This document shows, piece after piece, positions 25,220 through 37,800 of a stretch of DNA of 64,000 bases; positions within the stretch are counted from its first letter, which is position 1, and each line of letters starts with the position of its first letter. Origin of the DNA: Chrysomallon squamiferum. Its lineage: Eukaryota; Animalia; Mollusca. Below the pieces are notes generated by a model. It had not been told where the DNA came from, made no database searches, and saw only the letters and a list, made by a program, of their open reading frames with translations. A program made the translations under genes and the position numbers. The stretch is taken from positions 9,114,001-9,178,000 of the forward strand of contig CM022676.1 in NCBI GenBank assembly GCA_012295275.1, given 5' to 3'.

Positions 25220-25568
25220 TTAAAAGCCATCTATTTTGCTGCCTTTCCCGCAACAAACTATAATCATTACTTCTATCGCCTATTTAAATAAAATAAAATA
25301 ATATAAAATAATTACAACATAAACGACATAAACGAACAACAAATATGTGGTATAATAGCAAAGCAATATTAACAATAATAACAACAACTACAACAATAAC
25401 AGTAACAGCAGTAACAACATAATTATAATAATAATAATAATCGTATCGTCATCATCCTCTTCAAGCCATCATCATCGTCATCGTAGTTATTATTATTATA
25501 ATCATAAAATCATCCTCAACTTCACACTAACTTCATTATGGACGTTACTGTTGTTGTTATTCTTATTC

Positions 25569-25621
<53 letters not shown>

Positions 25622-25638
25622 TTGTATTTGTATTATTT

Positions 25639-25695
<57 letters not shown>

Positions 25696-25734
25696 TTATT
25701 ATTATTATTATTATTATTTGTATTTGTATTATTT

Positions 25735-25770
<36 letters not shown>

Positions 25771-25811
25771 TTATTATTATTTTATTATTATTATTTGTAT
25801 TTGTATTATTT

Positions 25812-25858
<47 letters not shown>

Positions 25859-25889
25859 TGTATTTGTATTATTTGTATTATTATTATTT

Positions 25890-25936
<47 letters not shown>

Positions 25937-25951
25937 TGTATTTGTATTTTT

Positions 25952-25995
<44 letters not shown>

Positions 25996-26016
25996 TGTAT
26001 TTGTATTTTTGTATTA

Positions 26017-26053
<37 letters not shown>

Positions 26054-26069
26054 TGTATTTGTATTTGTT

Positions 26070-26113
<44 letters not shown>

Positions 26114-26129
26114 TGTATTTGTATTATTT

Positions 26130-26170
<41 letters not shown>

Positions 26171-26186
26171 TGTATTTGTATTATTT

Positions 26187-26227
<41 letters not shown>

Positions 26228-26386
26228 TGTTGTAGTAGTAGTAGTAGCAAATTACCTGTAAGGAAACTACAAATCCGAATACAAGTATCATCCATGTTTT
26301 ATGTATGTTAATTAGTTCAAAAATAGCATCGTAGCAACCCTGAATTATAAAAAAAAAAAAAAAAAAAAAATAATATTGTAAAATAC

Positions 26387-26471
<85 letters not shown>

Positions 26472-26789
26472 GTCACTAATATATCAAACTACCTGCTGGC
26501 TAGTGTTATCTTTTGTTGGCTTTGTGGAACAGTTGACGAGATCATTTACTTCAAGAAAACGGTGTTTGCAACAAGATGGCGGAACTTCCGTTTCGTATTG
26601 TTTTTTCTTTATCTCGTAAAACAGTGACATATTCTTGAAATCGCCCTGGCCAGTAATTCCACAGCACTGTAACTGTACAAGACAAAAACACAGACAATAG
26701 AAACACTTTTATTTATGACAATACATTAAAAAATATAGCCTGGTTGATTATGCATTAGATATTAATTAATTAATCAATTAATTATTATT

Positions 26790-26823
<34 letters not shown>

Positions 26824-27091
26824 TAATATTGTTATTATTATTACTATTACTGTTAATAATATAACTATCGTCCTGATTATTATCATCATGAATATTGTTA
26901 TTAACATCATCATTATTATCATCACGATCATCATTGCAGTCATTATTATTTTGATTTTTTTTTTCTTCTAGGGATTCCTTAATATTCCTTTTTATTCCTT
27001 TCCCTTCCGTGTCTCTTGCAATATATTGAACATGTAATTATGATAAATTTTCTTTATTAACTTCTTTATTTCCATTATTTATTTAATTATT

Positions 27092-27139
<48 letters not shown>

Positions 27140-27270
27140 TAATAATTAATAATAATAATAACAACAACAACAACAACAACAACAACAATCTTTTCATGAT
27201 CGTCTTCATGCCATCACAATCATGTTTGCTTCTTTATTTATTACTTTCCTTTTTCATTCTATCTTTCTTA

Positions 27271-27352
<82 letters not shown>

Positions 27353-28025
27353 TAAAATAGTTTTCTTACGGTAACCATTACAAGGTCTGCACTCGCCGTA
27401 TAAGAACTTCCAGACTGTGGTATGTAAGTTACACGAAATGAGTTTCTTAAATATTTCTTATTTTTGTTGTGCATCTAGAGAGAAAAACGAAGAAACACAT
27501 ATTAATAATTCTTTCAATATTAAAATTATTATTTTTTTTTTTTTTTTTTGTTTAAGGAATAACTAAGTAAAAAGGTGATAAATAAATAATTAATTAATTA
27601 ATTAATAAATAGCCAAAATAAATAAATAAATAAATAAATAAATAAATAGCCAAATAAATAAACAAACAAACAAACAAATAAATAGCCAAATAAACAAACA
27701 AACAAATAAACAAACAAATAAATAAATACATAAATAGCCAAATAAACAAACAAACAAATAAATAAACAAACAAATAAATAAATAAATAAATAGCCAAATA
27801 CATAAAGAAATAAACGATAAAATAAAATAAAACGTGAAACAAATAAGTATGTAGGTAAGGAACTAAGTAAATAAGTAAGTAAATAAATAAAACATTTTTT
27901 TTTAAAAAGTAGGAATATGTAGAATATATTTTTATCTTTCTTTGTATCACCAGAAAAACATTTTAATTACATTAATAACAATATTAACAACAATAATAAT
28001 AATACTTTGCACCTCATTTGGATAA

Positions 28026-28058
<33 letters not shown>

Positions 28059-28387
28059 TACCTTACTGTTTGGAGAAAATATTAAGGTGAAAATAGTAAT
28101 CTCTAATACGAGAATGAGGATCACAAATATAGTGAACTGAAATTAAATTATATTAACGTATATTAATAAATACAAAAATAATTTTTAAGAAAACGAAAGA
28201 AAAGAAACTACAATAAATATATAAACATAAATAAATAAACAAACGAACAAAAGAAACCAACAAATAAATAAATACATTAATTAAAATAAAATAAAATATA
28301 TGAATGAATGAATGGAAAATTATCTTAACCTTCTGTTTGATTTCTATTTATTTATTTATAGAGCCATACATATTTAATACCTATAAC

Positions 28388-28444
<57 letters not shown>

Positions 28445-28553
28445 GAAATAATATAGAGAAGAAAAACAACAATAATAACTGAATCATATTATAACTAACT
28501 TGCTTTTGCATTTTCATAATATATAATTGTCATCATCATCATCATCATCATCA

Positions 28554-28595
<42 letters not shown>

Positions 28596-28944
28596 GACAT
28601 AACAATGGTTTAGATTCCAAACATGCCCCACAGCAAGCCAGGAACGAAAGAATAAAAATACCGCCACCTATACTGAACAGTAAGAGTGCTGCCCCTTGAG
28701 TTAACGGCTCAAACTCCACCACATTAGGAATAGAATGGTCGTGTATTATTTCTTTATACGCTGTTACCGACATAGCTGAGGTAACTTCGTCTTTTAACAC
28801 CTCAGCAATTATCCACTTCATTACCGCCCCACATACAACTACCACTGCTCCAACCAGCTGAATTGAATAATGTGGTAATAACGTTGTTATTGTTAAATTT
28901 TGAAAGTTCGGATTTCTTAAACACTCACACACACACACACAGAT

Positions 28945-28999
<55 letters not shown>

Positions 29000-29343
29000 T
29001 AAGTATATATGTAAATAATTTATAAATAATATTTATCAGTTTAAACTGACACACAGTCACACATACACCCCATGCGCACACACACACACTGACAAATACA
29101 AAAGCTTTCTCGTTTCTCGCTTCTCTGTAATCTATTTAAAAATATATTTTTAGTTTTGAGAAAGATCATTGTAAAGTTTTACGTGAGTGAACGTGTAAAA
29201 AGAGTGAAAGAGAGACACACAGAGACACAGAGATTCAGAGTGAGAGAGAGAGAGAGAATTAATAATGTCAGTAACTTGCTTACCATGAAAACAATATTTA
29301 GAATAACCAGAAGGCAGCGTCCGCTTTGATAACCCAAACTCAT
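25220..29343 (-). CDS. Tetraspanin C, 7 coding exons, ~275 aa (exon-2 donor reads AT instead of GT)
   Basis: Exons: 29284-29343 MSLGYQSGRCLLVILNIVFM; 28594-28857 LVGAVVVVCG...FLACCGACLESKPLLCL; 28062-28136 FTIFVILILVLEITIF...; 27370-27474 MHNKNKK...LVMVT; 26493-26672 LQCCGITGQGDF...PPSCC...NC...SQQ; 26256-26339 GCYDAIF...SLQ; 25220-25279 AIEVMIIVCCGKGSKIDGF*. Phase 0 throughout, 828 nt. The homologous donor position after exon 2 reads CTA|ATAATA. Confidence 0.87.
25560..26235. repeat. Compound (TAT)n/(TTGTAT)n microsatellite, ~670 bp
   Basis: Alternating TAT runs and TTTGTATTTGTATTATTTG spacers in tetraspanin C intron 6. Confidence 0.92.
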
Positions 29344-29499
29344 CTTGTTCGTTAAACAGAAAAAATGTTTATTTTATCCACAATAATTTCTTCTAGAACC
29401 TAGCGTTGTCCAGTGATGAAATTTTGTTGTTGCTGATCATCTTCGTTATATAATTACTCTTTTCAGTTTTGTTGTTGTTGATTTCCTATTTTCTTATTA

Positions 29500-29790
29500 A
29501 TACGTCCTTCACCTCTGTTCTGCTGCTTAGCAACGTGTAGTCTAATTAAGAAAACTTTTTCTTTCTCTTTCTCTGTCTTCGTTTCTCACGCTTTTAAATA
29601 CCTTTTCCAGTTTTTTTTTTTGTGTTTATTTTTTTTTTAGTTACTTTAAATTCCTGTGGCTTAGCAACGCGTCTTTTGCTGTGAAACAAAATCCAAAATG
29701 GCGTTTTTACGTATTAAAAAGTTGTTCACTGACGTCACCGAAATAAAACAATGGAGTTTAAAAATTTCTCTCCCTCCTATTTAAGTAGAC
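29500..29790 (-). promoter_or_regulatory. Putative tetraspanin C promoter
   Basis: Two X-box-like sites GCTGCTTAGCAAC (29522-29534) and GTGGCTTAGCAAC (29656-29668), YY1-like CAAAATGGCG (29694-29703) and CRE TGACGTCA (29730-29737) upstream of the ATG at 29343. Confidence 0.45.
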
Positions 29791-30283
29791 TTAGTACACG
29801 ATGCAGAAATTTAGATCCAATAACTGAGACAGGTATTGCGAACAAACGATGAAAATGTGTTTGCATTTTATCAAATCACATGACATTTGTTTTATGCAAG
29901 TCACGTAGAAAAGTAATATTGATATGGTTATGTGACAGTTACATGGAATAAATATTTAATTAATTTGGACAGGAACAATCACCGATATATCATGTAGATT
30001 TAAATAATGACAATAATCTTTATACCACTCGATCAAAATAAATTTCTGGATGAAAAATTGCTCTGGAATGTGCATGAAATTTAATTAAGTCTCAGTATTT
30101 GTCTAACTAAAGCATATTTTTTGTTCGGTTTATAAAAAGCATTTTAAACGGTTTTTGATGCAAATGCTTCAGTTTACATCAGCAAGTGCCATAGTTTCAC
30201 TTGATGGTCGAATAATTTTGACAAACGATGACCAACTACAATTTAATCACAGCAAAAGAATTATTTAATTTATTTATTACTTT

Positions 30284-30317
<34 letters not shown>

Positions 30318-31904
30318 ATGTTGTTGTTTATTTATATTCAATTTTTTTTCCAACCCTGATTAGAAATTTTGAGTTAGCTATGAAACACTGTGTTAGTTAT
30401 TTTATAATTTAAAAAGTTTTAATTTGTATTTATTTCTCCAACCAATACATACTGCAACTGCCACCACTACTACCACTGCTACTACTGCTACAACTAAACA
30501 ACAACAAAAAAACTCATTTTTAAAATATACAGTTTTATTTATCAAAAAGGTTTATAAAAATCTACTTGGCTCGAAGATCATTTAATTATAAATACAAATT
30601 AAAACAACAACAGAAGATTATGTTGTCAGACAACAAATCAAATTTGTTTTGTATACAATATTTTAAAAACGCTAATAAAAATATATGTAAATTACTATAA
30701 CCATTACGGAATGATTAAGGAATGTTGTAAAACATGGAATGTTTGCTATTACCGAATATTAATTATGTACACATGCACTGATTATGATAAACAAAATGTA
30801 AATATTTGAAAATACAAATGCAAACAAGATAAATCATTCTTAAATGAAGTCTTGTGAATTTAAATATTAAAGTAAAAATGAGGTTCAGTCATTATCAAAA
30901 CTTTAGTAATAATATAAATAAAAACAATTCATTGGAGAAAAAGAAAGAAAAAAAAGATAACTTAAAATATTGAATAATAATAATAAACATAATGATAGTT
31001 AATAATAGCAAAAATATTAATGCAAATAACATTTCATCATTGATGATAATAATTAAAAATGTGATTTTCTGTATTTGTATATTTGATTTTAATTTACATT
31101 AATGCTTTAAAAAACAGAAGTGTGGAACAATATATACATCATATGTAAAATACAGTAGGTCTTTAATATATATAATCCAGAATTGTGTACACACATATGT
31201 TTATGACATATATATACAGATGCATAGATTTAATTAACATTTTTTAACTAAAATAAACTAAAAGCAATGTGAGATAAAAATAAAAACAGTGATATGTACC
31301 AATGTAAGTCTTAATTACCAGATTCTGCTATGTCAATGTCTTCACCTAAAAGTTTATTCATTTGTTTTAAAAATTCTTATATATTTAAAATGAGGTAAAA
31401 TAAAACTGTTATAAATTTACTGCAAAAATTAAAAATGATAATAATAATAATAATAATTTTTCCACATTCTAGTATTGAATTTATCGTGCTTAAAATTATG
31501 AAGTAATAAAAAAAAAATATAGGATAAGGCACAAATTGCCTGTATAATTTTCCTTATTAACAAAACAACACTAATCTTTGCTAATGATAAAGGATGACAG
31601 CAAAATAACAAATTTATAAAGATACAGATTACTTACATTTTGCTTTAGTATTTTTTAATCTAGAAGAAAATAATCCTTATATACTGAGTAGGCCATTTTT
31701 GTTATATCAACAGCAAAATGTCAACAGGATAAAAAAATTGAAATAATTTCACTCTAAGTGTATAAAATTAATTTAAACCACTTGTTATCATCACATGGTC
31801 AATTTAAAAAGAAATAAATGTGTATTAAAACATGACATGGAAATAATAATAATATTTAGCCCATTTATTTGTAAATTGAAAATAATTTTTGTGGGAGAAA
31901 ATAA

Positions 31905-32115
31905 ACCAGCCAATGAGTATACAAAATATATTTAAGACTTAATAATCAGCCAATCAGATGGAAGAATTCAAAATGTTTTTAAGACTTGTTAACCGGCCAA
32001 TCAGATGAAAGAATTCAAAATGTTTTTAAGACTTGTTAACCGGCCAATCAGATGAAAGAATACATAATGTATTTAACACTTATTAACCGGCCAGTCAGAT
32101 GAAAGAATACTTAAT
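31905..32115. repeat. ~47-bp minisatellite, 4-5 copies, each centred on a CCAAT box
   Basis: Unit CCGGCCAATCAGATGAAAGAATTCAAAATGTTTTTAAGACTTGTTAA; CCAAT (or CCAGT) at ~31910, 31950, 31997, 32044, 32091. Confidence 0.9.
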
Positions 32116-32352
32116 ACAGTTATGGTGTATCTTCATAAACCGAACAGTTAACTTTTAAGTAACAAACATATACAATCATTTGATCATTTACAAAATGCAC
32201 TTTAAACCATGCCAATCTATTTAAATACTTGATGTAGACTTTTTTTTTCTTTTCTTTCTTTTTTTTATAACTAATTTTGTATTTTTCTATGGATCAAACA
32301 TTGCAGATTGTATTTTTGATACCAGTATATTTTTTTTCAAAAGTCTTCATAC

Positions 32353-32654
32353 TCAGTGGTGTAGCAGCCATGTTAAATAAAGCATAATGAGTGTGGTGAT
32401 GGTTGCCATGGTAACTGAACCTGTGCTTCGAGCCTGACCTGTGATGTCTTTTGTAGGCATGTCGGAACCTGAAAAAAGGATAATATAAGACAATGCAATA
32501 CAACACAACACAACACAACACAACACAGTAAAAATGCAATGCAACAAAAAACAGAACAATAATAATGCAATTGAACACAATACAATAAGAAATAACAAAA
32601 ATATAACAAATACAATACAATAAGAACACAGCACAAAGAGATTATAGTCCTATA

Positions 32655-32688
<34 letters not shown>

Positions 32689-34747
32689 AATTTGCTTTTT
32701 TGATTACACACATTATATACATAACAGAAAATGAATAAAAATTTAAAACCTGTTAAAATGTCAAGTAAAAAACAAACTGTAATAAGAAAGAGAGAAGAAA
32801 AAAAGGAGAAGTAGAATGATGCATGAAATAATTTTTATTTATAAATAAAAAATAAACTAATAAATAAAATTCATAAATTGTTCTTTTAATACTCCTGCGA
32901 CTGTATTAATACTTATGGACCAGTTTGTAGAATTCTACAAATGGATTATAATGCATGATATGGACTATTTTTTTTCTCCCATAAACCGCAGATTTATCTA
33001 ATATTTATGGACTTACTGAATTTTTTACTATCTTATCATTTATGGACCAGGTCTAATATTTATGGACTTACTGAATTTTTTTACTATCTTATCATTCATG
33101 GACCAGGTCTAATATTTAAGGACTATATAATTATTCTGCAAATTTATCAACTTTTCTATTCTAATATTTATGGACTTACTGATTTTTTTTTACTATCTTA
33201 TCATTTATGGACCAGGTCTAATATTTAAGGACTATATAATTATTCTGCAAATTTATCAACTTTTCTATTCTAATATTTATGGACTTACTGATTTTTTTTT
33301 ACTATCTTATCATTTATGGAACAGGTCTAATATTTAAGGACTATATAATTATTCTGCAAATTTATCAACTTTTCTATTCTAATATTTATGGACTTACTGA
33401 TTTTTTTTTTACTATCTTATCATTTATGGACCAGGTCTAATATTTAAGGACTATATAATTATTCTGCAGTATTATCAACTTTTCTATTCTAATATTTATG
33501 GACTTATGGGACTATATAATTATTCTGTACTTACGGACTAGCTCCATTTCAGCTTTTCCATCACCTTGCTCATTGGATGCTGAGCAGATGTAGGTTCCAT
33601 AATCACCTTCTTGAACACCTTTAATTGTCAAAATACTCATGATTCGATTCCAGGCCCCGGGTATGTTCCGAATCTGAAATCTGGGATTTGAAAAACATGC
33701 GGAACGGGATTAATAATTAAAATATTTGAATGGTTTTATGTTATTATTATTATTATTATTATTTAATTTTGTTTTTGATTAGTTTGTCTTGGTACAAAAT
33801 TATTGTTATTAATAGTTGTAATGGTAGTAGTTGCAGTGGTAGTAGTTGTAGTAGAAGTAGTATTAGTAGAACAGTAATTTTAGTATTATATTAATATACA
33901 AATGTTATTATTGTTATATTCAGAAATTAATACTGGGCATGTTTATAATCTTAATATTCTGTTACTTTTGACATAAGATATAAAAATAATGAAATAAAAT
34001 TAATTATGAAACTTTTATAAAGTTTGAATTTAGTTGCTTATAAATTAATTTCGGCCATTTTTTTTTTCACTTATAGTTATAAAGAAAAAAATTAACTTTT
34101 TAAAGATTTTTATGGAATTTAAAAAAAAGAAGAAAAAAAGAAATGATTATGAACCATCACAGATGATGATGTCGACATCACAGTTGTGAAATGATGAAAT
34201 GGCATCATTCAACAGTTTTTTGACAGTTTTATTTTGTATTGTTATATTTATTGTTATGATTGACGAGAGCTTGTCTTAAATAATTTAAAACAAATCTGAA
34301 GTTTAAAGAATGTTTTAAAATATTAACTCGTACATCAACAGATACATTTTAATTATTATCTATTCTATTCTATTCTATTCTGTTCTGTTGTATACTATTC
34401 TATTCCATTCCATTGTATTGTATTGTATTGTATTGTATTGTATTGTATTGTATTGTATTGTAAGTTAGTTCAATAGCCTAGTTTTTTAAATTTATTTATT
34501 TATTTATTTATTTAAAAAGAAAATAAATTATGTTAACAACTCACCTGCCCCCCTGCTGGACAGGTGTCACTTCGTGGATCCAGGTAACATCGTTAACACC
34601 TGGGACAGGGTAGGCGCTGACGTAGCAGATGAGGTCTTTGTAGTAGCCGATAGCTTGCGTGATCCTCGGACTGGTTGCTGTCACTCTGGGTGAAACTGGA
34701 ATAAAATGAAATAAAATAAAATGAAAAAAAAAAAAAAAAAAAAAAAA

Positions 34748-34793
<46 letters not shown>

Positions 34794-34832
34794 TAATAAT
34801 AAAATAAAATTTTAAAAAAATAAAATTAAATA

Positions 34833-34869
<37 letters not shown>

Positions 34870-37800
34870 TATAAAAAAAAAAAAAAAATTAAAAAATAAT
34901 AAAAAATTAAAAATAACAATAAAAATTAAATTAAATTAAATTAAAAATACAGTGAAGTAAAATAAAATCTAAGTGACGAAAAGTAGAATTAAGTAAAACG
35001 GAGTAAAGTAAAGTAAATGTAAAATGAAATAAAATAAAATAAAAGTATAAAAGTGATTATGAGAATTAAAAAAATGAAAATGTTAAAAGTAAAGTGTGTG
35101 TACCATGCCACAGGTTAGAATGGCAGTGTAGTATTGTACGGATTAGCTTAACAGCACAGTAGAGAATAGTAAAACAGTACAGTAAAATGCAAAACACTAG
35201 TATTAGCATATTACTAATATATTACTATATAATACATTATAATAAGATATAGCATAGTATTTTGTACTCACTATATTAGTACACACTATATTACAGCATA
35301 ATGCATTATAGCATAGCATAGCACAGAATTAGTTTTCGTATATTATTTATAGTATTAGTACAGTATTAGTTTTAGCAAACTGTAACTATAGTACAGTATA
35401 ATACATTATAGCATAGCATAGCACAGAATTAGTTTTCGTATATTATTTATAGTATTAGTACAGTATTAGTTTTAGCAAACTATAACTATAGTACAGTATA
35501 ATGCATTATAGCATAGCATAGCACAGAATTAGTTTTCGTATATTATTTATAGTATTAGTTTTAGCAAACTATAACTATAGTACAGTATAATGCATTATAG
35601 CATAGCATAGCACAGAATTAGTTTTCGTATATTATTTATAGTATTAGTTTTAGCAAACTGTAACTATAGTACAGTATAATACATTATAGCATAGCATAGC
35701 ACAGAATTAGTTTTCGTATATTATTTATAGTATTAGTACAGTATTAGTTTTAGCAAACTGTAACTATAGTACAGTATAATGCATTATAGCATAGCATAAC
35801 ACAGAATTAGTTTTCGTATATTATTTATAGTATTAGTACAGTATTAGTTTTAGCAAACTGTAACTATAGTACAGTATAATGCATTACAGCATAGCATAGC
35901 ACAGAATTAGTTTTCGTATATTATTTATAGTATTAGTACAGTATTAGTTTTAGCAAACTGTAAGTATAGTACAGTATAATACATTATAGCATAGCACAGT
36001 ATAGTATAGTATAGTATAGTATAGCACAGCACAACATGAGTATAGTATAGTGAACTATAGTATAGTATACTACAGTATAGCATAGTATTACTATTAGTAC
36101 AATATTAGTAAAACATTAAGTAAAACTAAGTAAAATATGGTATAGTATAGATAGTACAGTACATTATAGTATATATTAGTATAGTATAGGTTTTAGTACA
36201 GCACACTATAAGTATAGTACAGTACAATGCATTATAGTATATTATAACAGTACAGCATAGTATTAGTATTAGTACAGTATTAGTTTTAATACAGCACACT
36301 ATAAGTATAGCACAGTACAAGCCATTATAGCATAGTATAGTATAGTATAGTAATACAGTACTAACTTTAGTACTGCACACAGTAAACAGAGTACACTACA
36401 ATGCATTATAATATGGTATAGTATTAGTATAACTGTGTAATATAATGTAGTGTAAAAAAAAGCAGACTATAGTGTTGTAGGAATAATTTTTATTTTATTT
36501 TAATTTTTATTTTTTTATACATTTTCTACAATTACCATTTACTTACATTTGACTCGTAGGTCGATATTTCTATAATCATATCCAGCCAGATTTTTGGCAG
36601 AACATTTGTATATACCAGAATGCTCTGGTCGAACACTGGGTATGTTCAAAACATAATCCTGAAAAAAACACGAAAAAGGAATTTTAAATAAATATTTTTG
36701 TTTTTGTATGACTATGAGTATGATCATATTAGTTATATGTAATAAAAACTATTTGAGATATTCTGAGGATTTTTAAAGGAGGAGTTATTGATTGGCTATT
36801 CACTGTGACCGTGTCAAGGTTATTACCCAGAATGCTAAGAACAAAATGGCAGCAGTTTCAGCTCTCTCCATAGGTGTTAGTGAAGTAACTAAGATACACT
36901 TAAGCATTACAATTAATCAGTAATTTATTAAAATATTTTATTGTAATTTATTTATTTAATATTGATCGTTACTATAATTAATATTTAAACACTTGATTGT
37001 CATTAATTTAAGAATAAATTACAATTAACATATTTATGTACTATTAAAACACTTCATTATAAGAAACCTATTTCATATTAAAATGTTTTATTACAACAAC
37101 TTAACTTTTAAACAATGTAATTAATCTAAGATTAAAAAAAAAAAAAAAAAAAAAACCTTATTATAATTACTCACCTAATATTAAAATAAATTTTTAATTA
37201 CATTTAACATTCAGACAATTTCTTTTAATTTTAACTTATATAATAGTAAAGAACTGTATTACAATCAACGTTAAGTAATAATTTAATTAACGTCAATTGA
37301 AACTTTAGACAGGTGTTCAAACTCGCCTGCAGTGCCTGTCCACCAGCGGGCAGCAACTCTCCGGCCAGTCTTGACCACCAGACCATGGGAAATGGACGTC
37401 CAGTGGCATTGCAGCGCAGTGAGATCGAGTCTCCTTCTTTCACCGTTGAGTCGCTGCTCGTTTGAAGGTCAGCAATTCGCGGAGTTTCTGAGCAACATTA
37501 GTAAAAAATACAAGTCATGAAATAAATAATTAACAGTATTATTAATTCTTAAATTAATGTAAATACTGTTTAATATTTTTATTTCGTTTACAGTGCAGAG
37601 ATTGATTAATTAATTAATTAATTAATTAATTAATTATGAATATTAAACATTTTAAAAACTGTTCGATATGTATAATTAATTATTTAAATGAATTAACAAT
37701 GCAATAAAAAAAAATGTTTTATTATTTCCTAAATTAGTTTTTAAAGTTTTAAAAAAATGTTATCCTTCCTAACTCATTTTATTTACTAATTGATCCTTGG

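Noticed and set aside
31905-36000. Regularly spaced repeats resembling CRISPR arrays
   Set aside because: Units are wholly repeated with no unique spacers, no cas genes, eukaryotic intron/UTR context.
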